A stretch of DNA of 54,693 bases, the filler included, from Catajapyx aquilonaris (lineage: Eukaryota): assembly GCA_000934665.2 (NCBI GenBank). It is 3 parts of 3 records of this genome, joined end to end, with 100 filler letters (N's around TTAATTAATTAA, not from the genome) between each part and the next. Parts side by side here need not be neighbours in the genome. Positions count along the whole stretch, not along the records: positions 1 to 18,164 come from JYFJ02006753.1; 2 more parts are not named here. One strand, 5' to 3'. The notes beneath the pieces are model-generated. The model worked only from the letters and a program-made list of their open reading frames with translations. It was not told the DNA's origin and did no database searches. Both the position numbers and the translations under genes were made by a program. Positions 1 to 12,200 of the stretch are shown piece by piece (the first letter of the stretch is position 1; each line of letters opens with the position of its first letter).

Positions 1-15
1 CCATACACGTCGGCG

Positions 16-283
16 TGGCCAGGGCGTCCGGAGTAGTGGCTGGTGACGAGGGGGGAGGGGGGAGGGGGCTTGTTTTTGACGAAGTACAGTATTGCATAGT
101 GTAATATTTAAATTTAATATTGAGTGTCTGTTTCTGAGGTGGGCAGGGGTGCGGGGTGGGACGGGTTGTTTTTAGGTTTATTCTCATGAGTTTTATTAGT
201 TCATATGTTGGGTTAGCTTGCGTCTCCCTTCATCGCTGACTACCCCTCATAGGGAAATGTCGTGATGTTGTTGTTGTTGTTGT
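16..283 (+). repeat. Dispersed repeat, probable retroposon 3' end with (GTT)n tail; second copy at ~26657-26910
   Basis: Near-identical ~260-nt blocks (ggccagggcgtccggagtagtggctggtg ... ctacccctcatagggaaatgtcgtgatgttgttgttg) occur at both positions and end in a GTT microsatellite. Confidence 0.7.
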
Positions 284-463
284 ATTATATCGATGTTTTA
301 CTGTAAATGCATTTGTGTTGCAGATTGTGTTGTAGTAGATTTTTTTAAACTTCTCTACCTCAAATGTTTCTTTCTGGTCCCTTGGAGGTTCTAGTTGTAT
401 GTATGTATGTTCCACTTTGTATTTAATGAGATGTTGCATTGTCTCTCAATTTCATGGCTCCAG

Positions 464-2985
464 GCAGAATCTGGGTAAGGTGTCTGTGTGGAGCACAAGG
501 CAGATGAGCATGAATTTTGATGATGCTCAGAAACGTCTGCAAACTCTCAAGGAAGATCCAGGCAACCAGACCAAGCTTCAACTCTATGCACTGTACAAGC
601 AAGCAACAATTGGGAAGGTCAACACCAAGAAACCTGGGATGCTTGACATAGTTGGGAAGGCAAAATGGGAGGCATGGAACTCTCTGGCAGAGTTGTCTAC
701 TGTAAGTGACAAGTTTTGTGACAGAGTTTCTAGTCTAAAGCATTGGGATATGCATGTGTCAGGAGACCCTTTGATGTGACTGTGGCTGAGGTTGTTTAGA
801 TAGTTGTGGCAATGCAATGTTAACTATGGGTCATGTCAAATTTACCAGCAATAATTTTTATACAGGAGGATGCTCGTAAGAAGTACGTGGCCATTGTTGA
901 TGAATTACTGAAATCAGAACAAGGAGAGAGTGCCCAGGCTGATTCAGCACAAGCTTCAGGAAAGTACTCAACAATAATGGTCAGTTCAGAAGGAGGCATG
1001 AGAGTCATCAAGTTGAACCGACCTACCAAGAAAAATTCTATTACTCAAGAGGTGGGCAAGCCTTTTAATTATCTTGAGCTGAATGCCACTGATGTGTGGA
1101 AACATATACAAATAAAGTTATTTTCTGTTAGTTTACAAAAAGTGAACTAGGAAAAATAATAAAAGACATCATTTGGATAGTAGCTACCTTGGGCATTCAG
1201 TGTCACATGAACTAGAAATACTGCAGCATGCCATGAAAAGTGAAAGTCTAGGTGGAGCATGGTGTGTGACTTCCACCCACCATGAGAAGAAAGCCTGTAA
1301 CACCTGTACAATTTCTGATTTTTTTAGATGTACAATGAATGGACAGCTGCCCTGAATGAAGCAGCTTCAGATGACTCAGTTTCAATAGCTGTAATAACAG
1401 GTGCAGGTGACTATTACTGCAGTGGGAATGACCTCGGTAATTTCACCAAACTTACTGACTTTTCACCAGCTGCAATTAAGAAACTGGCAGAAGACAGTGC
1501 TGTGCTTCTCAGGTAAGTCTATTTTATGCAAGCTGGCCATTTGAGTGTGCAGTTGAGACTGTTGCTTGTGCTCTTGAGAACACCTGAGTCACCTGCTCTG
1601 AATGTGAAAATGTTGATCATCATCCACTACAATCAAAAAGTAGTTGACAGTAGTTTTTGACCCCAACCCCATAACCAGAGCCTATGTGATCCTGGAAGAA
1701 GACCAGGGGGTAAATGTATTTTTGTGGGTTAAAAAGAAAATGTACCTGTCACGTCTTCATAGCTGTGATAAGAATTACAATTTATACGTTCTTTTCAGTA
1801 CATATGTGACTTCTTTCATCAACTTCCCTAAACCACTGATTGCTGTTGTGAATGGACCTGCAGTTGGAATTGCTGTCACCACTCTAGGATTGTGTGATTT
1901 GGTGTACACTACAGATAGGGTGATGCCGCTTGTCTTTGTCCTGATATGTAGCCTATAGTTCAAAATAAGTGCAGTCAGGTGCACAATAGTGTGACAGTTG
2001 GTGGACATTAGTGTAAGATGACCTGCATTAGGCCTCTGTCAGCAACTTGCAAAAATATATATACAGGCGTTACCACCCTGCGCAATATTGAATACTTTTG
2101 TGATCATGCATCAGAAACACAGGGAGACTGCCATTTTGTGAAACTTAATTGGTGCATTTGTATTGCATTTCAGTACATAATGCAATATTAATGTCATTAA
2201 TTATGATGTTCCCATTTATTCCCAGGCAACTTTTCACACTCCATTCAGTGCATTGGGCCAGAGTCCAGAGGCATGCTCTTCCTACACTTTTCCTCAGGTG
2301 ATGGGTCCTGCAAAGGCCAGTGAATTGCTCTGTTTCAACCGGAAGATCACAGCTAAGGAAGCATGTGACTGGGGCCTTGTCACTGAAGTGTTCCCAAATG
2401 ACAGTTTGGAAGGAGAGGTTTGGCCAAGGCTCAAACAGTATGCAAAGTTTCCCAAAAAGGTACTGGATCAAAAAAGGAAAATCAATTCATTGGTTAACCA
2501 ACAATCAAAAGTATCTCTCACTCGCATGAGAAACTAACACGTAATGGAAGCATAATTACAGATCTTAGGTTGAAACTGCCAATACGTTGGGGACCTTCCA
2601 GAATACTTGTTAATTTTAATTACGTATTCCCTCTGCCTGGCTTTATTATAGAAAATGTATGTATGAGGAAAGTTGTAATCCAAAAAAATTTGCTGAGACT
2701 ATCTTCTGGTAATAATTTTGACCAAATTCTTAAACATGTGAGTGAGTAAATAGTCTACATTTGATAACACGTGGGCTTGTTTGAGACCATTCTTAGTTTG
2801 GGAAGCATGGTTAATTTAAGCTTTTATTCTTGTAGAGTATGATGGTTGCGAAACAGCTATCAAGAGGCCCCGTGAATGATCTCCTGCACAAAGTAAACCA
2901 GGAGGAATGCAAACACCTGGTGGAGAGATGGCAGTCACAGGACTGCATGAATGCTATCCAGGCTTTCTTCAGCCGCAAGAAGTAG
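464..2985 (+). CDS. ECI2: Enoyl-CoA delta isomerase 2 (ACBP domain + crotonase domain), probably 5'-partial
   Basis: Exons 464-701, 866-1051, 1328-1512, 1799-1919, 2226-2459 and 2836-2985 have GT-AG boundaries and consistent phases. ACBP motif [13 protein letters not shown]...[11 protein letters not shown]. Crotonase motifs [54 protein letters not shown]. Ends [10 protein letters not shown] (TAG 2983-2985). The first exon probably lies upstream of the window; an in-frame ATG exists at 504. Confidence 0.93.
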
Positions 2986-5238
2986 ACATGGATTAGAATT
3001 TGGGTTCAAGGGACCTCCTTACAAAATTTATATGGACATTGATTAGGGAATTTTGAAAACAATTGTTTTGAAGAAATATATTTTGTTATGTGCTGGGTGC
3101 TGTACATATGATCTTTCAGGTGGTTGCCATTAATTTTGGCTATTGTGAATATTATACAGTATTTAGGTGAAGTATAATACTTCTCATGTTTGTTTCCTTA
3201 ATTGTATTTGAATGCACAAAATGACAGTATGAGTAAAACTGAAAATAATGATACACTGCTGGCATACAAATGAAATCAGGCAAGTTCAACAAACCAGTTT
3301 GAAGCTAATTGAAGGCAAAGATTTGACCTTGCATTTGGTTGCATGCTAATGAATACAGAAAATCCTGGCTTGCTGGCTCCTTATGAATATGTAGTCAACT
3401 AAATGGACTTCATTGAGGCATTAAAGCATTTTAAAAGTGACGTCATGGTATAAATACTGTACGTAACTCAAGATCATCTAAATAGGATGTAGTGGATTTC
3501 ACTTGAATGCAGATGTTATTCATAAGTATAATCTATTTACTATCATTGGCTGATGTATTATCTAAAAGCTAAAATAAATGGGTGGGGTGGGGGGGAAGAG
3601 GTAAATTTGGGTTTATCATATTCTATTACACAATTTTCAAGTCTTGCCTCATCTATCACAATTAATGGTTTAATCCTAAATTACCAACTAAATTGCACGG
3701 AAGTCTTGGTTATTCAACTAGATAAACTCTTAGTACTACATAACCATTGATCCAGCCTCTTCCCATCCTCTCCATTATGACAAACTAGCAGCGGAGCCTG
3801 TTCTTCACACAGCCTGTTTCCATGGGCAAACAAAAAACAAAGAAACTTTCCCTTACATATGTAGATTTTGAAACAACTTTATTAGTTATTTATAGCACCA
3901 AACCCGTGTGTAATGTCCGGTACACAAGTTGAACTTGGTGTAAGTCAGCGTATGGAGAAGTGACTGAAAGCGGAGGGATAATTATCAAATATCGTTATGG
4001 GGAGCCTTGGGAGCCCGTTCGTAAGTACTGATCGCAGTAAATCATACTGCAATAGGTCAGTAGACCGTTTTCAAAACCAGGCTACCTATTTCAGAACAAA
4101 ATTTCCAGGAAACACTAATTTCTGATTTTGAGCTTTTTTTATGGCCAGGGAAATATTAAATGTTCATTATATGCTTTGCCATGTCTCCTATCACATCCAG
4201 AGTACAGAAATCATGATCCAAACAACAAAATCACATGATCAATTGAAAATTATGATAGCCTGGTTGTGGAACTGCCAAGAAAGATTTCCTATACTTTGTT
4301 CAACCCAGGCTGATAATGCAGGTCAATACTATAAGCTCTACAAAACGCAAATTTTAATAGCATAAGTGATGCATAATGAAAGTTATGAGAGAAATAAAAA
4401 GCCATAATTTGTCATCCAGTCATCTTCATTACATTGGTTTATTTCCATATAACTATCTAATTTATCCATCAACTGGATGGTGTCATGCAATAATGAGTCA
4501 ACCCACATGAGAACAGTTTTGAGAAAAGGGCTTTGAAGGTCATACCTGTGAAATTAATTCAGTGTTCTTTTCGGTCATTTATGGCAGAAGTATGCAGATT
4601 TCACCAGCGTGATTTTAACTGAATGAAGTAGGATCCTTTAGGAATATGTTCCTGGGCTTAGCTCAATTTTGTCCAGAATCAGCAAAATGTAAGACATGGG
4701 TGTGCCAAGTTTCAGGCCTCTCAGTACTCGAGAAGTGGGTTAAATAGGCTTGACATACATATGTACAAATTTTGTGCTTTATTAATAAGGATATGACTGT
4801 CGTGGTGATAAACAACAAGCGCCTTTATTGATCTTCAGTAAATTACACAAGAGTCAATGCCATAGTACAATAGCATTTGGAAAGAAAAAGAAATGATTTA
4901 TATGCAACAACATCAGGAGTCGGGGAGAAATGGATCCAACTAATGTACTGTCCTGAATGAAATTCCAGTAAAGCAGTTCATTTACAACCAGATGTGTTTC
5001 ATTTTGATTACATGCTGGTTCATTTGTCAAATTTTCAGCTCACTCTTTGAACAGAAACACAATGGCCTAGTTAGGTTTTTTCTGGGCCTGTTTTGGTGAC
5101 ACAGCCTACCTTTTCTCACAGTTCAGAGGGAACTTCATCTGTTTGGGCCCCCCAGTCCTACCTTGATTGTAAGCTACTTGGACATTGATATTTTTTCTTC
5201 ATTTGGTCAACTACTGTAAATAATATTTCATTTTGTTT

Positions 5239-5438
5239 CTCCGACAGAATTTTTAATCCCATGGTAGATACAACCAATGATCATAAATGGTGGGGAATAA
5301 TACAATCAGGAAAGATGTAATTATGTACCTTTTAACATCCCAAAATAAATGTACACTAGCCATGATTTTGTGACTATTATTCCTCACCATTTATAAACAT
5401 TGGTTGTCTCTACCATGGGATTAAAAATGCTGTCGGAG
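5239..5438. mobile_element. Hairpin/foldback MITE-like element
   Basis: Arms of ~65 nt: ctccgacagaatttttaatcccatggtagatacaaccaatg... versus ...cattggttgtctctaccatgggattaaaaatgctgtcggag. Confidence 0.65.
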
Positions 5439-5702
5439 ATGTTAAAAAGCATACTTACTGGATTAATAAGAAAAAGCAACTTCTGGCAGCCTGTGCACTG
5501 TAGGTAGTAGGAAACTACAATGCAACTGATTGAGAAGCCACAATAAACCACAGGCCATCTGCTGTCGACAAAAGCCTGCCAAGAAAGTTGTTATCCCCAG
5601 TTATCCCTGATCTTTTGACAGAAATACCTCCTCTTCATGGCAGAGTCTGCCTTGGGTTATATAACAATACAAGCCACAGTAGCATTAGTTGAATAAAATA
5701 TA

Positions 5703-5811
5703 CAGGGTTCTGCACTGCCCAAGTTCAAGAGGGGGATAGGACTGCTGGTCCCAGCTTGATTCCGTAATATACAGTATTACCCCTGGTCAACTAGGGTAGG
5801 GAACGACCCTG
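5703..5811. mobile_element. Small Tc1/mariner-type MITE
   Basis: TA|CAGGGT ... ACCCTG|TA termini with imperfect internal inverted symmetry. Confidence 0.5.
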
Positions 5812-6268
5812 TATAATATATGTAATTAGAGTTTTTCAATGGGTGTCCTGAAGTGAAAGCCACAGTAGACTTCTTGTGTAATTATCATTTAAACCTTAAC
5901 AAATTAATATATCACCCAAGTGTTTGACTTGCACGTGCAGTCAGATTTATTGGGATCTCTCGTAACTCATGCTTTGCTTGGTGTTGTTATGCTACCTTTT
6001 GGAAAACTGAATTTCGTGTCAACAAGAAGTTTCCTGTACATCAAAACATCAAGCACAAGTCTTCCAATAACGCTCTTGTAAAGCTACACTTTCATGTCAA
6101 CATTCACGTACAAATATGCCTGCAAATACATCTCTCGACAGCAATAATACGTAACTGTATGAAAATACCAACATCAACATGAAAACTTGTCACTGACTTT
6201 TAAAACTTCCAGACAACATATAACAAAAGCATTCAGAACGTTTGAGATGATTCCATAAGCATCACCAT

Positions 6269-9200
6269 TCAAGACACGAGGGTTGTGGTTGTAGTGCTTT
6301 GGAACACAAAAGTGATGTACTCAACAGCTGATGTGAGACTAGGATCCTGAAATGAAGGTTTTACAGATTAAAAATTGAACAGAATGCTGCTTAACATTCC
6401 CGATGGCCTTTATTTTACTGGAACAAACAAGTTAATGAGGAAGGCCATCATCAACAGGCCATGATCATGCTCATATAGTAATATTCATTTCTGAATTGGG
6501 TTGCAGAAATAGAATATCAACAAAACCCAAATGCATACCTGCACAAGATCCTCTCTGACAGGGGCTGGAATGTGCTTCCATTCCATCAGCTCATCCATGG
6601 AGAGGTTGCGAGCAACCTTCTGTACCTCTGACCTTCCCAACTGACAATCCCTGTCAGACTTGACTTCCTCTTCCCCAACAATACATTCCTCATCTTCATC
6701 CAAACAAGTGCAGTTCATCAGCTGATGGGTTAGGCAATCTACATCAGTGTGTAAGGTGAACAGATCCTTTAGCTCATCCCTTGAGAACCTCACTTTGGCT
6801 GTATCTTTCAGATCTGCCAATGCACCAGTGAGCCTCTGCTTGGACAGCTGGCGGATATAAATCTTTTCTTCGATAGTCCCTGCACTTATCAATCGGTAGA
6901 TATGCACCGGAACCCGCTGTCCATCTCTCCAAACACGAGACATTGCCTGGAGGTCATTGGCAGGGTTCCAATCAATATCGTAGAGGAGAATACGGGATGC
7001 ACCTATCAGGTTCAAACCCACCCCACCTGCTTTGGAGCTCAGTAGAAAAACAACTGAAATTAGACAGAATTGCAGCTATGTAATAACCAAGGGGGTAACC
7101 ACTCATAAAAAAAGTGTACACCAGTTCCTGGAACCAGGTGGTTCCACAGGGACCCTGTACACCAGTTCCACGAAGTGGTTACAACCTTGGTAATAATTTT
7201 AATTGTGAAGGCTTTTTCAACATAGACCATCTTTTAATAAATTTCTCAAATACACGGGTTGTTTCATAAGTCATGGCGCATATTTTTAAAATTAAAAAAC
7301 AGTAACACATACAGAGATGACCTTTACTGAATTTCGAGGCTCCGGTGATTTCAATTTGATCTGGCATACATATGTCGCCCATACCGCGGAGGGAGGGAAA
7401 CAAAATCTGATCATGACCCCCCGACCGCATCATCGGCCTAAGAAGCCCCTAGCCCTGACGTGCATGGAGCTGTTGGACGCTGTATGCAGGACACTCGGAG
7501 ATGGACAACACAGGAGCTTGCTTTCGAGTGTGGGACAAGTCCAAGCACTATGACAGGAGCCATGTGTCATCCATTGCCACAAACCGTTTGAAAAAACCAT
7601 CGCCCTTAATGCGATCGAGTTCAAAGCGAAGGCAAAATGGTGACTCTTTTGCACCTCAAAGACATGGTGAGGAACCAGTGAAGATGCCACCTTCTTGAGA
7701 CCTTCTTAGGGCCTCTTAGGGCGATGGTGCGGTGTCCCTGCCTCCCTTGCGATATGGGCGACATTTACATGCCAGACCAAATTGTAATCGCTGGAGCTTC
7801 ACAACTCAGCAAAGGTCATCTCTGGATGTGTTACAGTTTTTGAATAAAAAAATACGCGCCATGACTTATGAAACAACCCATGTATTATTCACCCTTGTAA
7901 AATTATTGAGTTAGTTCATGCTGTTGGCTAAAGGGCACCAGGACTGACTCAAGCACAAAGAAAGGTTATGGCATAAATGAAGATCTGATGCACTGGAAAC
8001 AGCTGTTACATGTGTGTTACCTCCAGCAAAAAATTAAATTCATGTGAAGTATATCTAGGGATTATGGAAGCCACCTGGAGACGATGCCAGGCAAGTGGTG
8101 ATGATAATGGCATGCAAGTGGAGACGTTGTGACTTTTTAAAGCTACATGGAATATGGTGTGATACATTATTTTGTGTCTTTTAATATTTCTGTCTGCCTG
8201 TCAGGTTGTACTCAATGCAAATCAATATGCACCCCTCTGAAAACGTCAAGGGAGATTCACTAGGAGTAAGTTTTGATGAGGAAGATAATGGGTGCATCAA
8301 ATTTGATCTCGCAAGTCATCAAAGGTTGCTGATGGCAAAATAAAACCAAAATTGATTGATTGATTGCTGACCATACTACCATGAAAAAATGAGAAAGATG
8401 GTCTGGGAGGGAATGGGCACTGGGAGCAGATGCAGGCAGAGTAGTGGTAGGGCAGTGTTGCATAGGGGGCAAAGCTGGAGCCAGTTCAAAGGTCATCCAA
8501 GATCACAGGTTAACATTGTTGAAAATTGAGAGAATAGTACAGGGAACAGAATTAGCATGTCACCTAATTAGTGCTCCTACTGTGCCACAAAACAATGGGT
8601 TGATCCATTGATTGATATCCATTACCACCAGCCACTCTAGCCATGCAAACCAAATCCCCTCTTACCTTCCCTTTTGGGAAATGTGCACCCACCCAATATG
8701 CTGCAGCAAGATATTATATCATATCATTTCTTATCCTGGTTAAAGCAATCACATAACTGAAAACTTCTGCCCCCAACTTAGCAACTCACAATCATTGCAG
8801 TATTTGTTGTTGAACCGATCAACCAAGGCCATCCTTTGAGATGTAGAAGTTGATCCATCCAGACGTAAGTATGCGTAGCCATACCTCTTGCACACTTCAG
8901 CAAGCATGTTTAGAGTCTTGCAAGTAATTTAAAAAACATCAGATCAAAACCTTATTGAGTTCACTAATGGCACCAATTATGTTACCCTGGCCTAACTAAG
9001 TTTCAAAATTATGAATCTTATGTCTCCAGTTCTCCTGTCACATATTGCACTTTGAGGGTGTCAAGTGGCAATCACTTTTATTCCCAAGACTGCAATACTG
9101 ATAACAATTTTACAAGATGACACACAATCTACTCTGTTTCTGCAGATAGATGTAACATTCCAATATGGGGTAACATCAATAATATATTACTGCATATGGA

Positions 9201-12200
9201 GTCCTTGCAGTACATTACCTAACTTCATCGAAAAATACTTTGCAAACATGCATTACATTACATTACATCATGGCTTAATTCCCATAAAGGGGTAGCCAGC
9301 GGTGACCAGGTTATACCTGGCCATCTTGTTAAGATGGACATTAGATAGGGACTTCAAGGGTTGACCCGGCCAATAGGCCCTAGAGGCCTAGACGGACAGA
9401 ATGACAGGCATGGTTTGCGACTTTGCTGACATAAAAGAGTTAGGAAAGAGTAACCCTTACTGGCGTGTGGGAGGCGGGAGGGTGAGTGGTGGCTGGGGGC
9501 AGCTTGGCTATGTCGCAAAGGCAAGGATGCAAAGATTGATTTTTTGGATTTTGGAAGGGGTATGCTGTACCAACCTAATCTAACCAAGCCTAACCTTCCT
9601 TCCTTGTGGATACAGATCTATCTTTGCGACACAGCCCGGTGCCGCCACCAACTACTACCCTCCCACCTCCCGCACACCAGTAAGGTCAAGTCTATCCAAG
9701 AGTTATACTGCTGTACCTGTGTGTAGTGTGACACCAATACAATCCGCTCATTAGAGTTTTCCTTGAGATGAGCCAGTATCTTCACAAGAACTGCCAATTT
9801 CCCTGAATGGTTCTCAAAATACTCAAGCCCTTCACTGTGATTCAGCTTAGAAAACACATCATGGAAGGTGTCCTGCAAGAGAAAAAACACAGGTAGCCTA
9901 GTTTAACCTTTAACTACTATGACTGCTCACCTCTTCTTCATTGGCTTTTCTAAACGCCAGGTCTGGATGATTGCAGATCTTCTTTAACATAGCGATTATG
10001 GGTAAGACATATTGCATGCAGGAATCGCCTGCCATTGAAAAGCACTCACGTGTAAAGTGCGAGTCCAGAAGTGCTCTGTACAACTCAGCCTAGGTACCAA
10101 ATGCAACACATTCAGTACAATGAATCGGTAACATTCAAGTGTATCACATTATTAGGAAATGTTTCACAAACCGAAAGGAGGCTTATAGAGCGGCTATTGC
10201 ATGGTCGATAATAAATTCAGAACAAGTGGTTAATCCTATGTGAATAACAACATGGATCAATCACTAGCTCTGGTTTTACCATCACTCATGCAACCAATCC
10301 TCAGAAAATTAAATGCAGCATAAATAATTTCTATTACTGGAAAACATATAAAGCCACATTTTCACATATCATCAATATCACTGAAGGAAAAAATATTTAC
10401 AACTACAATACTGGATTCACATACAAACTCAACCAAGTGCATAATCCAAATCTCACAGGTCCAAATGCATGAAAGTAACACTCACTTTCCTGCACATTTG
10501 TAAGAGCATTTTGTCACACTACGGTAAATTCCAATGCCAAGTGGGACAACCACTCCCAAAGCTTATCTCATCAGAATATACTGTTAGGTCAATAACATGA
10601 ATTTTAAAATATGCAGGGAAGACACTGTATTGTCATGCATGTGTACCTACACAGATTTTGGTGAACTCTTGGTTGAGTTCATACATGAATCTAACTATAC
10701 TTTCCCACTGACCTGCTTATCAGAGGTTTGACAGAAGACAACACTCTCAGTCTTTGGGGGCAAGTACTTGTTTATGACATCCTGTGTTCGCCTCAGTATG
10801 AACAACCCTGTCTTATGAGACAAATCAGCAGCTCTCTTGTCCCCTAATTCCTTCTCTTCCCTACTAACATTTGGCTGCTGTGAGGCAACAATTGGCTCTT
10901 CATATATACGACGAAAAGCTGCAGTTTTAATAATAATGATAATACAGTAATAATAATAACAACAACAACAAAAATACTAACAACAACAACAACAACAACA
11001 ACAACAATAATAATAATCATCATCATCATCATCATCAGTTATGTGTTGCACACTGCGGATGGGGGAATGTTACCAATTATGTAACTGCAGGCACCTTCAA
11101 CAATGACGTATTTAGGTTTTTGCCGCCCTCCCCCAACTGGCTGATTTTTAGGTCCGAGATTGGGGAAATTCCGAAATTTGGGAATTTCAAGGCCAAATAT
11201 CTCGATAATTGTTTTTTCAAAAAATTTGTCATGGATACTCCTACTAGTACTTGGCAAAATCCAGTGAATTAAATCTTGGTGTTTACACTTATATGCCGCT
11301 CCAAGGTGAATCGACTGATGCCCAGACCAGTAAGGGCATCGGGCGATTCATCTTGGGGTGGCACATGAACGGTGACGCCATGTATGACATATTTTCGCAC
11401 GAGCCAAAATTTTCTCTCAATAAAATTTTCCACCTCCATGACATTTGCCACCCCCTAAAATTTGCCGCCCTAGGCATGTGCCTATTCGGCCTATTTGGTA
11501 ATATGTCACTGATCTACAAGCATTTAAAATCTTGCTATCTATCTCCATGAAAAAGAGTCCCTCATTGAACTTCCAAAAATCATTACAGGATTATTCATCT
11601 GGGGGCTGGATTGACAAACAATGCAAACAGAACATGAACAGCAAGTAGATTATATTCTGATGACAACACTGTTGTGGCATGCATATACTGTACAGTAAAA
11701 CCTGCCCGTAGCAGACCCTCGATATAGCAGAAACATGTCTGCTGCAGAGAGTTTGTTTCGCAAAAGGGGAATGTATTTTTGTCAGATATAGCAGAACTTG
11801 TCTAAAAGGAATCAGGCAGTATTTTTAGTACCACAGTAAGGAAAAACCTTATGAATAGTGGAGTGAATACTGCATTAAAGACTGTTTCACGAAATTCAGT
11901 GAACAGATATTAAACATGAAGAAAAATTGCCATGCCTGGTGGAAAGTTGCCAGTGGGCCCAACAAATTTTCATTCAAAAAGCATACAAACTTGAGGCACC
12001 AATTCAGGAACACATTCATGTGTCTTACAGTATTTTCCTAGTTTTATGTTGTAAAGCATAGCAAACACTAGAATATTATGAAAATTTTTCAGGAAATTGA
12101 GTGATTAAATTATGTAAGTTTCCCTATACTGTATTTTGTTCATTTGTCAGTCTAGTCCCTAAATGTCGACAATGTTATTAAGTTTGCTCAAATTCCTAGC

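Noticed and set aside
2983..3042. Stop-codon read-through creating a peroxisomal signal on ECI2
   Set aside because: The extension ends ...NLYGH*, which is not PTS1-like, and the context is not TGA-CTA.
3890..4792. Helitron/DINE-like non-autonomous element (also ~17690-17770)
   Set aside because: Terminal motifs are suggestive, but boundaries and a second copy could not be established within the window.
9571..9597. Interstitial (TTAGG)n telomeric array
   Set aside because: Only a few degenerate units, located in the loop of a hairpin element.
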